From NCBI RefSeq assembly GCF_965641715.1, contig NZ_OZ282453.1: DNA of 64,000 nt. One strand, given 5' to 3'. The position numbers and the translations under genes are program-made. The stretch comes from Escherichia coli. GTDB taxonomy: Bacteria; Pseudomonadota; Gammaproteobacteria; Enterobacterales; Enterobacteriaceae. How positions within the stretch are numbered: the first letter of the stretch is position 1; each line of letters starts with the position of its first letter. Positions 10,701-21,311 of the stretch are shown piece by piece. The notes under the pieces were generated by a model. The model saw only the letters and a list, made by a program, of their open reading frames with translations, was not told the origin of the DNA and did no database searches.

Positions 10701-11543
10701 CGCAAAAGGTTGTCGTGCTGGGGATAGCGAGGGAATAGCAGCGAGTACTTTATCTACACAGCGTTGCCACTCATCTTCTGAAGCGAGTGAAAGATGATGA
10801 CATAGACGTTGATGCCAACTCGGTAGCGATTCTGCTTCGTGATTAGGTGGAATGATGGTGGTTACTGCGCCTTTTACTGGTTTATATTTGAGTTGAAGAG
10901 CGAGAAGGGCGATTTCAACGGCACTTTCCAGACCACAGCGAATGACTAAGTCATCGACCAGTTCATCTTGAGAGTAAGAGTTCCAAAAGCCCCAGAGCAA
11001 TGCTGCATCAGATTGCGCACTCCCTGTCGGTTGATTACCCTTAACTCGCATTTGTAACTCAGCAAAAGCCTGCTGCCAGTTTTCTGGATAAGAGCGGTAA
11101 TTGTTGTCGGGATCATATGCCCTGGTGTTATTCGCGATGCGCTTCCATATTTGGCCATCTTTGTACAGATAATTGATCTCTCTGGGGCGAGAGCGATGAG
11201 GAAAAGCAAATCGATTAATATCGTCAGTGACCGGAATGACTGCATCATCAGCCAGCCAGGGGCGTTGGTTTTTACTCTCAGGGGAAGTTTCAACTTCAGG
11301 AGTGGCTTTGGTAATGGGGGGGATATGCACGTTTGCTGAAGCATTTTCCACATAGCCTTTTTTCGTTTTCTCCGCGATAAGCTTCAGTTTCGCTTTTTCC
11401 GCTGCTGCAACATCAGCAAAATTTTTTACCTGGCTTTGCCCTTGGGTACCAACTTTTCCCCAGCTGATATGCAACTCGTTTCCCTGCTGCTCCACCGCCC
11501 AGAATTTATGTGATTTTTCGTCCTGATAGATAAAGTGTCTCAT
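7746..11543 (-). CDS. molR: MolR-like large protein (1265 aa), intact; WGR-like N-terminus plus DUF4132-like region
   Basis: Track ORF 1265 aa next to metG; N-terminus MRHFIYQDEKSHKFWAVEQQGNELHISWGKVG; in K-12 this gene is, as I recall, a pseudogene. Confidence 0.6.
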   Translation of the reverse strand: MRHFIYQDEKSHKFWAVEQQGNELHISWGKVGTQGQSQVKNFADVAAAEKAKLKLIAEKTKKGYVENASANVHIPPITKATPEVETSPESKNQRPWLADDAVIPVTDDINRFAFPHRSRPREINYLYKDGQIWKRIANNTRAYDPDNNYRSYPENWQQAFAELQMRVKGNQPTGSAQSDAALLWGFWNSYSQDELVDDLVIRCGLESAVEIALLALQLKYKPVKGAVTTIIPPNHEAESLPSWHQRLCHHLSLASEDEWQRCVDKVLAAIPSLSPARQPFAALLLPERPDIANAMALRYADQNVPAMTWLRLVVTDDAALTTAEKYDFPPLYHDFRAYLAMLLANNGVRGVSRILLEFTEEHSDNPTYLFERISETEDLVKWLWKTNHPDAIQILILGVNGKKKHLEYLSKACQKHPAAAIAAYATLLAIHENNEWRKALVKLITATPELVCEVIPWVNAKAAGILSECRPLPVAEECEYATVDMLPELLVAPPWVINKKKNVIPVFDLPVLPIPAVTDITPGITELISHTDISRFSEIAQYQASQQTLFTDLPPIKKERWETSFIPLTPEQQILWRLGFKEWRRTGEEQYEKKIMPQSAVDALLRFDFPALKAEFAQYHNKGSRHWQLYALCFLPTQHAISFLNQIINEEQFSGEREILAIFGDAAIPAFMKCLQRKPQQLWIFTLFLGVSELALPMAQRLQKKMSAEDARKWLANFPRHAAAGLLPVALGKKGKDRDCARQALRLLVNLNQRETIEEIAQGYNQPDVLAALATLFDSEPLEEYPAKIAPLPGFYQFTLWRRPRLKSNNLPLSDDAMRHLGTMLSFPRDITAYAGLDIIREIFTRESLAEFGWDLYTAWTEAGAPAKENWAFTSLGILGNDDTARKLTPLIRAWPGESQHKRAVSGLDVLADIGSDVALMLLNGIARKIKFKALQEHAREKINIVAENRGLTMAEMEDRLAPDLGLDSSGSLILDFGPRKFTVGFDETLKPVVCDANGKVLKDLPKPNQSDDKTLATDAVNLFKQLKKDVRAIASQHITRLEQAMCQRRRWTAEQFRLFLVEHPLVRHLTRRLLWGVYNDENALITCFRVAEDSTYSDAQDELFTLPAGNIGIPHVLEIPPESAAAFRQIYVDYELLPPFQQLERGSYHLADNERNVHELSRWNGRLCQAGRIVGLERRGWQRLEESGSVYAMRKSTPYGALELETEPFSLIYGETGYSDLLPVESVKITAPYDRYGKQSSPTFSMLDDITASELINDIESLFD

Positions 11544-11683
11544 TCTGCATCCCTGTAATTTTATCCAGTTGAATGCAGATGCTACCAGTATTTATGCGGG
11601 TTAGAGAGAGACAAAATCGTAAGAAAACAACTTTAGGAATTTATAAAGAAAAGGCGCTGTCGATGCAGCGCCTTGAAGGGGGA

Positions 11684-13717
11684 TTATTTCACCTGATGAC
11701 CCGGTTTAGCACCAGCATCCGGGCTTAGCAGGAAAATATCTTTCCCGCCAGGACCGGCAGCCATCACCATGCCTTCGGAGATACCGAAGCGCATTTTACG
11801 TGGTGCCAGGTTAGCCACCATAATGGTGTGACGACCAATCAGTACCTGCGGATCCGGGTAAGCAGAACGAATGCCAGAGAAGACATTGCGTTTTTCACCG
11901 CCGAGATCCAGCGTCAGGCGCAGCAGTTTGTCAGAACCTTCAACAAACTCTGCGTTTTCAATCAGCGCCACGCGCAGGTCAACTTTAGCGAAGTCGTCAA
12001 AGGTGATGGTTTCCTGAATCGGATCATCTGCCAGCGGGCCAGTTACCGGCGCGGCAGCTGCTTTCACTTCTTCTTTAGACGCTTCCACCAGTGCTTCAAC
12101 CTGCTTCATATCTATGCGGTTATACAGCGCCTTGAACGGATTCACTTTATGGCCCAGCAGCGGTTGCTGGATACCATCCCAGGTCAGTTCCGTATTCAGG
12201 AATGCTTCTGCGCGCTCGGTCAGTTTCGGCAGTACCGGCTTCAGGTAAGTCATCAGCACGCGGAACAGGTTTATGCCCATCGAGCAAATTGCCTGCAGGT
12301 CAGCATCGCGGCCTTCCTGTTTCGCCACCACCCACGGAGCCTGTTCATCGACATAGCGGTTAGCCAGATCAGCCAGCGCCATGATTTCGCGCACTGCTTT
12401 ACCAAATTCGCGGCTTTCCCACGCTTCACCAATCACTTCAGCGGCATCAGTGAAGGTTTTGTACAACTGCGGGTCAGCCAGTTCGCTTGCCAGCACGCCG
12501 TCAAAACGCTTGTTGATAAAGCCCGCATTACGAGAGGCCAGGTTAACCACTTTGTTAACGATATCGGCATTCACGCGCTGAACGAAATCTTCCAGGTTGA
12601 GATCGATATCATCAATGCGCGAAGAGAGTTTCGCAGTGTAGTAGTAACGCAGGCTGTCGGCGTCAAAATGATTCAGCCAGGTGCTGGCCTTAATAAAGGT
12701 GCCACGAGACTTAGACATCTTCGCGCCATTCACCGTCACATAGCCGTGAACAAACAGGTTGGTCGGCTTGCGGAAGTTGCTGCCTTCCAACATGGCAGGC
12801 CAGAACAGACTGTGGAAGTAAACGATGTCTTTGCCGATGAAGTGATACAGCTCAGCGGTGGAATCTTTCTTCCAGTATTCATCGAAGTTTACAGTGTCGC
12901 CGCGCTTGTCGCACAGATTCTTGAAAGAACCCATGTAGCCAATCGGTGCGTCCAGCCAGACGTAGAAGTATTTGCCCGGCGCGTTCGGAATTTCGAAACC
13001 GAAGTACGGTGCATCTCGGGAGATATCCCACTGTTGCAGGCCGGATTCAAACCATTCCTGCATTTTGTTGGCCACCTGCTCCTGCAACGCGCCGCTGCGA
13101 GTCCATGCCTGCAACATTTCGCTGAAAGAGGGCAGATCAAAGAAGAAGTGTTCGGAATCACGCATTACCGGCGTAGCGCCAGAAACCACCGATTTTGGTT
13201 CGATCAATTCAGTCGGGCTATATGTTGCGCCGCAGACTTCACAGTTATCGCCGTATTGATCCGGCGATTTACATTTCGGGCAGGTACCTTTCACAAAACG
13301 GTCCGGCAGGAACATGCCTTTTTCCGGATCGTACAGTTGAGAGATGGTGCGGTTTTTAATAAAACCGTTCTCTTTCAGGCGGCTGTATATAAGCTCCGAC
13401 AGCTGACGGTTCTCTTCGCTGTGCGTAGAGTGGTAATTGTCGTAGCTGATGTTAAAGCCTGCGAAATCAGTCTGATGTTCCTGACTCATTTCGCCAATCA
13501 TCTGCTCCGGGGTGATACCAAGCTGCTGAGCTTTCAGCATGATTGGCGTACCGTGGGCATCGTCGGCGCAGATGAAGTTGACTTCGTGGCCGCGCATTCG
13601 CTGGTAACGGACCCAGACATCAGCCTGGATGTGCTCCAGCATATGGCCGAGGTGGATTGAGCCGTTGGCGTACGGCAGTGCGCACGTTACCAGAATTTTC
13701 TTCGCGACTTGAGTCAT
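11684..13717 (-). CDS. metG: Methionine--tRNA ligase
   Basis: Translation [29 protein letters not shown] (HIGH motif), KMSKS present, C-terminal tRNA-binding domain; start set at MTQ rather than the track's upstream MPT. Confidence 0.95.
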   Translation of the reverse strand: MTQVAKKILVTCALPYANGSIHLGHMLEHIQADVWVRYQRMRGHEVNFICADDAHGTPIMLKAQQLGITPEQMIGEMSQEHQTDFAGFNISYDNYHSTHSEENRQLSELIYSRLKENGFIKNRTISQLYDPEKGMFLPDRFVKGTCPKCKSPDQYGDNCEVCGATYSPTELIEPKSVVSGATPVMRDSEHFFFDLPSFSEMLQAWTRSGALQEQVANKMQEWFESGLQQWDISRDAPYFGFEIPNAPGKYFYVWLDAPIGYMGSFKNLCDKRGDTVNFDEYWKKDSTAELYHFIGKDIVYFHSLFWPAMLEGSNFRKPTNLFVHGYVTVNGAKMSKSRGTFIKASTWLNHFDADSLRYYYTAKLSSRIDDIDLNLEDFVQRVNADIVNKVVNLASRNAGFINKRFDGVLASELADPQLYKTFTDAAEVIGEAWESREFGKAVREIMALADLANRYVDEQAPWVVAKQEGRDADLQAICSMGINLFRVLMTYLKPVLPKLTERAEAFLNTELTWDGIQQPLLGHKVNPFKALYNRIDMKQVEALVEASKEEVKAAAAPVTGPLADDPIQETITFDDFAKVDLRVALIENAEFVEGSDKLLRLTLDLGGEKRNVFSGIRSAYPDPQVLIGRHTIMVANLAPRKMRFGISEGMVMAAGPGGKDIFLLSPDAGAKPGHQVK

Positions 13718-13884
13718 AGTAGGCATTACTTCTTTGTAGTGAAAAGGGCTTAGATAGTACCAAATGGGGCATGGTTACGTAAGTCCTGTGCAAGCATCTT
13801 ATGATGCATTATTAGGTAAGTACTTAGCTGTTAACTTCAGGTAAACTAATAGCGATAAGTTATCTTTATAAATAAGGAGTCGGG

Positions 13885-14994
13885 ATGAACGAACAATCCC
13901 AGGCCAAATCACCAGAAGCCTTGCGCGCAATGGTCGCCGGGACACTGGCCAATTTTCAGCACCCAACCCTGAAGCATAACCTCACCACGCTGAAAGCGTT
14001 GCACCATGTCGCCTGGATGGACGACACGTTGCATGTGGAACTGGTTATGCCATTCGTCTGGCATAGCGCGTTTGAAGAGTTAAAAGAGCAATGTAGCGCC
14101 GAACTGCTGCGTATCACCGGGGCGAAAGCTATCGACTGGAAACTGTCGCACAATATCGCCACCTTAAAACGCGTGAAGAATCAGCCGGGTATTAATGGCG
14201 TGAAGAACATCATTGCGGTCAGTTCCGGTAAAGGCGGCGTGGGTAAATCCTCCACGGCGGTAAACCTGGCGCTGGCACTGGCGGCGGAAGGGGCGAAAGT
14301 CGGTATTCTGGACGCCGATATCTACGGCCCATCAATTCCCACCATGCTGGGCGCAGAAAATCAGCGTCCAACTTCGCCGGACGGTACCCATATGGCACCG
14401 ATTATGTCTCATGGCCTGGCAACCAATTCAATTGGTTATCTGGTCACTGACGACAATGCGATGGTGTGGCGTGGACCGATGGCGAGCAAGGCGTTAATGC
14501 AGATGTTGCAGGAAACCTTGTGGCCGGATCTCGACTATCTGGTGCTTGATATGCCGCCAGGCACCGGTGACATTCAATTGACGCTGGCGCAGAACATTCC
14601 GGTAACTGGTGCAGTCGTGGTCACCACCCCGCAGGACATCGCGTTGATCGATGCGAAAAAAGGCATTGTGATGTTCGAGAAAGTCGAGGTTCCGGTGCTC
14701 GGTATTGTCGAGAACATGAGTGTGCATATTTGTAGTAACTGTGGTCACCATGAACCGATTTTCGGTACCGGTGGTGCAGAGAAACTGGCTGAAAAATACC
14801 ATACACAGCTGCTGGGGCAGATGCCGTTACACATCTCCTTACGTGAGGATCTCGATAAAGGCACGCCAACGGTTATCAGCCGTCCGGAGAGCGAATTTAC
14901 CGCTATCTACCGCCAGCTGGCTGACCGCGTTGCAGCTCAGCTCTACTGGCAGGGTGAAGTTATTCCAGGCGAGATTTCCTTCCGCGCGGTCTAA
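13885..14994 (+). CDS. apbC: Fe-S cluster carrier ATPase ApbC/Mrp
   Basis: 369 aa; P-loop SGKGGVGKS; divergent from metG. Confidence 0.9.
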   Translation: MNEQSQAKSPEALRAMVAGTLANFQHPTLKHNLTTLKALHHVAWMDDTLHVELVMPFVWHSAFEELKEQCSAELLRITGAKAIDWKLSHNIATLKRVKNQPGINGVKNIIAVSSGKGGVGKSSTAVNLALALAAEGAKVGILDADIYGPSIPTMLGAENQRPTSPDGTHMAPIMSHGLATNSIGYLVTDDNAMVWRGPMASKALMQMLQETLWPDLDYLVLDMPPGTGDIQLTLAQNIPVTGAVVVTTPQDIALIDAKKGIVMFEKVEVPVLGIVENMSVHICSNCGHHEPIFGTGGAEKLAEKYHTQLLGQMPLHISLREDLDKGTPTVISRPESEFTAIYRQLADRVAAQLYWQGEVIPGEISFRAV

Positions 14995-15255
14995 CGCCTA
15001 TTAACCATTCTGGTTATTCTTCATACACCGCAGAGATGTTACATTGATGCGGTGTATTTGTTTTTGCCGCATTAATGAACACTTATTTAATACTGCGAAT
15101 ATTCAGTGGATCTTAGTCCGAAACTGTACAAAGGCGATTGATTGTGCAACCACTGTCTCTTTATCATCCCTCGTGGCTGTGTAGCGGATGTACAGCTATA
15201 GTGTGTTATGCACTCAATCTACCCGGCATAACCTTTACTACAGGGATAACGTTCA

Positions 15256-15537
15256 ATGAATAAGTATTGGTTGTCAGGAGCTGTTTTTCTTGCTTATGGA
15301 CTAGCATCACCCGCGTTCTCTTCTGATACTGCAACATTAACCATCAATGGCAGAATTAGTTCCCCTACATGCAGTATGGATGTTGTTAATAATCATCTTC
15401 AGCAACGTTGTGGGCAGTTGTTACAACGAGTTGAAACCAACTATCGTGCTTCTTCTACTGCAAAAGGCGTTACGACAGAAGTGGTAGCTGTGGGTAATAA
15501 CGACAAACGCAAAATCGTGTTAAATCGCTACGATTAA
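15256..15537 (+). CDS. yehE: Small secreted protein YehE-like (93 aa)
   Basis: Signal-peptide-like N-terminus; position upstream of the fimbrial operon. Confidence 0.55.
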   Translation: MNKYWLSGAVFLAYGLASPAFSSDTATLTINGRISSPTCSMDVVNNHLQQRCGQLLQRVETNYRASSTAKGVTTEVVAVGNNDKRKIVLNRYD

Positions 15538-15828
15538 TTTGCCAACACCGTTTTAAGCATATTTAAAAAGCCAAAATCATTCCTATGAATGATTTTGGCT
15601 TTTTTATTCATCCCATAAATGTTATTTACGGTAATTTACGGTAATTAATCAGTTTCAAAAATGTTTGTTATAGCGAATTATTTGTTGTATTTATATCGCA
15701 TTAGTTAATTTGTTTTAAATCAACAAAACAATATGTTTACATTGCGGCAACCTTTTTGATGTGAGAAATTTGTTTCCAAGAGATACAGACTCTTAACAAA
15801 ACAAAATAAACTTATTAAGGAATGCATC

Positions 15829-16371
15829 ATGAAACATTCAATTATTGCTGTCGCTGTCTTATCTTCTGTATTTATGAGTGCTGGTATTTTCGCTGCTGAA
15901 GTAGATACCGGAACTTTAACCATTAAAGGTAATATTGCTGAATCACCATGTACATTTGTCGCTGGCGGTGATTCAGTCAGTATTAATATGCCGACTGTAC
16001 CCACCACTGTATTTGATGGAAAAGCGAAATATTCAACTTATGATGGCGCGGTTGGTGTAACCAGCAGTATGCTGAAAATTACTTGTCCGAAGACTATTGA
16101 TGGCGTAAAACTTTCGTTGATCACCAACGAGAAAATTCTTGGTAATGATAAGGCAATATCCAGTAGTAATGACACAGTTGGATACTATCTCTATTTGGGA
16201 GATAGCAGTGACGTACTGGATATTTCCGCACCATTTAATATTGAAAGTTATAAAACTGCTGATGGACAATATGCAATACCGTTTAAGGCAAAATATCTGA
16301 AGTTGACTGACAGTGGTGTTGCATCTGGTACTGTTAACTCTTCATTGGTTATGCGTGTTGCCCAGGATTAA
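15829..16371 (+). CDS. yehD: Fimbrial major subunit (chaperone-usher pathway)
   Basis: 180 aa, signal peptide MKHSIIAVAVLSSVFMSAGIFA, fimbrillin-like; first gene of the yeh operon. Confidence 0.75.
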   Translation: MKHSIIAVAVLSSVFMSAGIFAAEVDTGTLTIKGNIAESPCTFVAGGDSVSINMPTVPTTVFDGKAKYSTYDGAVGVTSSMLKITCPKTIDGVKLSLITNEKILGNDKAISSSNDTVGYYLYLGDSSDVLDISAPFNIESYKTADGQYAIPFKAKYLKLTDSGVASGTVNSSLVMRVAQD

Positions 16372-16410
16372 ATATTTAAAATAATCATCTTGTTTTTTCA
16401 GTAAGTTAAA

Positions 16411-17133
16411 ATGGCCGCCATATTCATGGCGGCCAGCATAAATATAAGAGGCATTAAGATGAAAGGGTTATTATCTTTACTCATCTCTTCTATGATATTC
16501 CCCGTGCATGCCGGAATGGTTATTTTCGGGACCCGTATCATTTACCCGGCAGAGCAGAAAGAGGTCATGGTACAACTGATGAATCAGGGAAACCGCTCTT
16601 CGCTGATGCAGGCGTGGATTGATGATGGCGACACGTCTCTGCCGCCAGAAAAGATTCAGGTTCCTTTCATGTTAACGCCACCAGTAGTGAAAGTAGCGGC
16701 CAATTCTGGGCAACAAATAAAAATTAAAATCATGCCTAATAAATTACCCAGTAATAAGGAAAGTATTTTTTATCTTAATGTTCTGGATATTCCACCGAAT
16801 AGCCCAGAAGATGAAGGAAAGAATGCGTTAAAATTTGCCATGCAAAACAGAATCAAGTTGTTTTACCGACCTGCTGGTATTGCTCCGGTAAATAAAACGA
16901 CTTTTAAAAAATTACGAGTGAGTCGTAGCGGTAATAACGTAGTCATAAAAAATGACTCGCCAAATTGGGTAACGATTTCTGATGTTAAGGCTAATAACGT
17001 CAAAGTGAATTATGAAACAATCATGATTGCACCACATGAAAGTCAGAATGTTAGTGTAAAAAATAATAATGCGAATAGCTGGCAACTGACCATTATCGAT
17101 GACCACGGCAACTATATTAGTGACAAAATTTAA
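16411..17133 (+). CDS. yehC: Periplasmic fimbrial chaperone (PapD-like)
   Basis: Track ORF; signal peptide MKGLLSLLISSMIFPVHAG; PapD-like motifs (IYPAEQKE, NRIKLFYRP); true start may be the internal Met at 16459. Confidence 0.8.
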   Translation: MAAIFMAASINIRGIKMKGLLSLLISSMIFPVHAGMVIFGTRIIYPAEQKEVMVQLMNQGNRSSLMQAWIDDGDTSLPPEKIQVPFMLTPPVVKVAANSGQQIKIKIMPNKLPSNKESIFYLNVLDIPPNSPEDEGKNALKFAMQNRIKLFYRPAGIAPVNKTTFKKLRVSRSGNNVVIKNDSPNWVTISDVKANNVKVNYETIMIAPHESQNVSVKNNNANSWQLTIIDDHGNYISDKI

Positions 17134-17148
17134 TTGCAGGAGCTGCCT

Positions 17149-19629
17149 ATGTTGAGAATGACCCCACTTGCATCAGCAATAGTCGCGTTATTGCTCGGCA
17201 TTGAAGCACATGCAGCAGAAGAAACCTTTGACACCCATTTTATGATGGGAGGAATGAAAGGTGAGCAAGTAACAAATTTGCGTCTTGATGATAATCAGCC
17301 TTTACCTGGGCAGTACGACATTGATATTTATGTCAATAAACAATGGCGTGGAAAATATGAGATTATCGTCAAAGATAACCCACATGAAACTTGCCTGACG
17401 CGTGAAATTGTAAAGCGGTTAGGTATAAATAGCGATAATTTTGCACGCGAAAATCAGTGTTTAACATTTGAGCAACTTGTTCAGGGCGGAAGCTACTCCT
17501 GGGATATTGGGATTTTTCGTTTGGATCTCGCTGTTCCGCAAGCCTGGGTCGAAGAGCTGGAAAATGGTTACGTTCCGCCAGTAAACTGGGAGCGGGGAAT
17601 CAATGCGTTTTATACGTCTTATTACGTAAGTCAGTATTACAGTGACTATAAAGCCTCGGGCAATAGTAAGAGCACTTATGTGCGTTTTAACAGTGGGCTA
17701 AATTTGCTGGGATGGCAGCTGCATTCAGATGCCAGTTTTAGCAAAACGGATAATAATCCTGGTGAGTGGAAAAGCAACACACTGTTTCTGGAGCATGGAT
17801 TTTCTCAAATTCTCGGTGCGCTGCGTATTGGTGATATGTACACCTCATCCGATATATTTGATTCCGTTCGCTTCACCGGGGTTCGGTTATTTCGTGATAT
17901 GCAGATGTTGCCAAACTCGAAGCAAAATTTTACCCCACGGGTACAGGGGATTGCCCAGAGTAACGCGTTGGTAACTATTGAACAGAACGGTTTTGTCGTT
18001 TATCAGAAAGAGGTTCCACCAGGTCCGTTTTCGATTAGTGATTTGCAGTTAGCGGGCGGAGGGGCGGATCTTGATGTTAGTGTTAAGGAAGCCGATGGTT
18101 CTGTGACTACGTATCTGGTGCCTTATGCGGCAGTACCTAATATGCTGCAACCAGGTGTATCAAAATATGATTTTGCGGCAGGCCGTAGTCATATTGAAGG
18201 TGCGAGCAAGCAAAGTGATTTTGTCCAGGTCGGTTATCAGTATGGTTTTAATAATTTATTGACGCTGTATGGCGGCACGATGGTTGCTAATAATTACTAT
18301 GCCTTTACCCTCGGAACAGGTTGGAACACGCGTATTGGCGCAATTTCAGTCGATGCAACTAAATCGCACAGTAAGCAAGACAATGGTGATGTGTTTGACG
18401 GACAAAGTTATCAAATTGCCTATAACAAATTTTTGAGCCAAACATCAACACGTTTTGGTCTGGCGGCCTGGCGTTATTCGTCGCGTGATTACCGCACATT
18501 TAACGATTATGTGTGGGCAAATAATAAAGATAATTATCGTCGTGATAAAAACGATGTCTATGATATTGCCGATTATTACCAGAATGATTTTGGTCGCAAA
18601 AATAGCTTTTCCGCCAATATGAGTCAGTCATTGCCAGAAGGCTGGGGATCTGTGTCATTAAGTACTTTATGGCGTGATTACTGGGGGCGAAGCGGCAGTA
18701 GTAAAGATTATCAACTGAGTTATTCCAATAACTGGCGGCGGATAAGCTATACCCTCGCGGCAAGCCAGGCGTATGACGAGAACCACGCCGAAGAGAAACG
18801 CTTTAATATTTTTATATCGATTCCCTTTGACTGGGGCGATGACGTTACGACGCCGCGGCGGCAAATATATATGTCTAACTCAACGACCTTTGATGATCAG
18901 GGTTTTGCTTCAAACAATACCGGATTATCGGGAACCGTTGGGAACCGCGATCAGTTTAACTATGGTATCAACTTGAGCCATCAACATCAGGGAAATGAAA
19001 CGACAGCTGGGGCCAATTTGACCTGGACCGCACCGGCCGCAACAGTGAATGGCAGCTATAGTCAGTCGAGTACTTATCGACAGGTCGGAGCCAGTGTTTC
19101 AGGGGGACTGGTTGCCTGGTCTGGTGGCGTTAATCTGGCGAACCGTCTTTCCGAAACGTTTGCAGTGATGCATGCGCCGGGAATCAAAGATGCTTATGTC
19201 AATGGGCAAAAATATCGCACAACAAACCGTAATGGTGTGGTGGTGTACGACGGACTGACACCTTATCGGGAAAATCACCTGATGATGGATGTGTCGCAAA
19301 GCGATAGCGAAACAGAATTACGCGGGAATCGTAAAATGACCGCCCCTTATCGCGGCGCGGTCGTTCTGGTTGATTTTGATACCGATCAGCGTAAGCCCTG
19401 GTTTATAAAAGCATTAAGATCCGATGGACAGCCATTAACGTTTGGTTATGAAGTCAATGATATGCATGGTCATAACATTGGTGTTGTCGGCCAGGGCAGT
19501 CAGATATTTATTCGCACCAATGAAATACCGCCAGCGGTTAATGTGGCAATTGATAAGCAACAAGGGCTTTCATGCACAATCACCTTCGGTAAAGAGATTG
19601 ATGAAAGTAAAAATTATATCTGTCGGTGA
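17149..19629 (+). CDS. yehB: Fimbrial outer-membrane usher
   Basis: About 826 aa from MLRMTPLASAIVALLLG; usher-type; start set at an internal ATG of the track ORF. Confidence 0.85.
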   Translation: MLRMTPLASAIVALLLGIEAHAAEETFDTHFMMGGMKGEQVTNLRLDDNQPLPGQYDIDIYVNKQWRGKYEIIVKDNPHETCLTREIVKRLGINSDNFARENQCLTFEQLVQGGSYSWDIGIFRLDLAVPQAWVEELENGYVPPVNWERGINAFYTSYYVSQYYSDYKASGNSKSTYVRFNSGLNLLGWQLHSDASFSKTDNNPGEWKSNTLFLEHGFSQILGALRIGDMYTSSDIFDSVRFTGVRLFRDMQMLPNSKQNFTPRVQGIAQSNALVTIEQNGFVVYQKEVPPGPFSISDLQLAGGGADLDVSVKEADGSVTTYLVPYAAVPNMLQPGVSKYDFAAGRSHIEGASKQSDFVQVGYQYGFNNLLTLYGGTMVANNYYAFTLGTGWNTRIGAISVDATKSHSKQDNGDVFDGQSYQIAYNKFLSQTSTRFGLAAWRYSSRDYRTFNDYVWANNKDNYRRDKNDVYDIADYYQNDFGRKNSFSANMSQSLPEGWGSVSLSTLWRDYWGRSGSSKDYQLSYSNNWRRISYTLAASQAYDENHAEEKRFNIFISIPFDWGDDVTTPRRQIYMSNSTTFDDQGFASNNTGLSGTVGNRDQFNYGINLSHQHQGNETTAGANLTWTAPAATVNGSYSQSSTYRQVGASVSGGLVAWSGGVNLANRLSETFAVMHAPGIKDAYVNGQKYRTTNRNGVVVYDGLTPYRENHLMMDVSQSDSETELRGNRKMTAPYRGAVVLVDFDTDQRKPWFIKALRSDGQPLTFGYEVNDMHGHNIGVVGQGSQIFIRTNEIPPAVNVAIDKQQGLSCTITFGKEIDESKNYICR

Positions 19630-19639
19630 GAGGTGAAAT

Positions 19640-20674
19640 ATGATGTTCAGAAATGCAATATTACTAATATTTATATTGTGGGCTAATTTTACCTGGGCTG
19701 GATGTCGTACTACTGCATCATTAAATATTACTGATAGTATTAATGTTGGGGGGATTTTAGCGAATGAAACTTCCTTTAGTAAAAGTGTCGTGTTTACTGG
19801 GATATCTTGTGATACGAGCACGGATAAAATAGTTTATAAAAATATCCAAAGTGATTGGGTTGAAGTTGGGCCTTTTGGTAATGGCGAAAAATTAAAGGTT
19901 AAAATAGAGTCTTTAGGTAAAACCAGCGACACGATTGGGAAATCCAGCAATGCGCAGGCAGTATTACCCTATGTGGTTAAAATAGCCAGAGGTACACCTG
20001 ATTTTACTGGAGAAAGAAAATCTACCTGGTTTATTTCAGATACCGTGATTGCAAATATTGGCGGTGAGTCATCGTCATCCATCGACTTTTGGTTGGGTAT
20101 TTGTAAGGCATTGAAGTTTAACTGGTGTGTGAATTATCTCACCAGCAAACTGGCGGGGGATACTTTTACGCTTGGGTTAAGTATTTCCTATTATCCTAAA
20201 AATACGACCTGTAAGCCTGAAAACACAGTTATAAAAGTAGATGATATCGCCTTGTCCCAGCTCAGAAATCAGGGAAAGATTGCGGCGAACAGTAAGGAAG
20301 GAACAATTACGTTGAAATGTGATAATCTTTTCGGCGACAAAAAACAAGCATCGCGGAATATGGTTGTATATCTTTCTAGCAGTGACTTAGTTAAAGGAAG
20401 TAATACTATTTTGCGTGGTAAAACAGATAATGGTGTAGGGTTTGTGTTGGATCTAACAGAACCACCAAAAGGGACTGAGGCTGCCATTAAAATTTCGGCC
20501 AACGGCGATCAGGGCGCGGCGACATCATTATGGAAAACAGATAAACCAGGAGTTTCATTAAATAGCAACATTATTAATATACCTGTCATGGCCAGTTACT
20601 ATGTATATGATGAAAAAAAAGTTAAATCTGGCGTACTGGAGGCAACCGCATTAATCAACGTGAAATACGACTAA
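19640..20674 (+). CDS. yehA: Fimbrial adhesin-like tip protein
   Basis: 344 aa with signal peptide; last gene of the operon; AT-rich. Confidence 0.7.
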   Translation: MMFRNAILLIFILWANFTWAGCRTTASLNITDSINVGGILANETSFSKSVVFTGISCDTSTDKIVYKNIQSDWVEVGPFGNGEKLKVKIESLGKTSDTIGKSSNAQAVLPYVVKIARGTPDFTGERKSTWFISDTVIANIGGESSSSIDFWLGICKALKFNWCVNYLTSKLAGDTFTLGLSISYYPKNTTCKPENTVIKVDDIALSQLRNQGKIAANSKEGTITLKCDNLFGDKKQASRNMVVYLSSSDLVKGSNTILRGKTDNGVGFVLDLTEPPKGTEAAIKISANGDQGAATSLWKTDKPGVSLNSNIINIPVMASYYVYDEKKVKSGVLEATALINVKYD

Positions 20675-20755
20675 TAACAAGCAAGACGAGCAAGTGGCTA
20701 ATAATAAGAAATAATAAGGTGTCTGCATTTCCCCCTCTCTCCGAGGGGGCTTTTT

Positions 20756-21094
20756 TTAGCGATGATAAAAAATCTCACCGTCGTAGGCTTTAATGATTTT
20801 TCCGTCGGTATTATTGATCAGCACATATGCACCGCCCATATAGGTCCAGTGGGTTCCGGCGTCAGGTGCGGGCAGGTTACGCAACTGCCACTGCTTAATG
20901 TTGTACTCATCGGTACGGTACATCTCTGGTACGGTGTCACCTGGTTTGAAATGCTTGAAGTCAGCAATGAAGCTGCTTAACTCATACTTTGAAATTCCCG
21001 AGGCATTGGTCGAACCCGCGGTGGCTGGTGCGGCCCATGCTGCGCTGGTTACCAGCAAAAGCGCACCCAGCAACATCTTATTTTTTATGGTCAT
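20756..21094 (-). CDS. rcnB: Periplasmic nickel/cobalt homeostasis protein RcnB (YohN)
   Basis: 112 aa from MTIKNKMLLGALLLVTSAAWA (signal peptide); downstream of rcnA; track ORF is longer but the start was chosen at the signal peptide. Confidence 0.7.
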   Translation of the reverse strand: MTIKNKMLLGALLLVTSAAWAAPATAGSTNASGISKYELSSFIADFKHFKPGDTVPEMYRTDEYNIKQWQLRNLPAPDAGTHWTYMGGAYVLINNTDGKIIKAYDGEIFYHR

Positions 21095-21311
21095 ATACTC
21101 TCCACTTTGGGGATCAGTAAAATCAGTCGCATATCTTTCCCGCCATACAATATAACCGACAAGAGATATTTTGTTAGTGATCCCATGATTTCGTAAAAAG
21201 TGTAAATGAAAGGATGCAGCAAAAGCATCCTCATTGAACGAGAAGTGAACGGAATAAGCTGATTTAAGAATCATCCTGGGCTAAAGGGATAACGAAGCCC
21301 AGGTGATTGTT

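Noticed and set aside
11828-13660. 610-aa ORF on the + strand
   Set aside because: It lies entirely antisense within metG, whose translation is unmistakable; it is an open shadow frame of a GC-balanced, highly expressed gene, not a separate gene.
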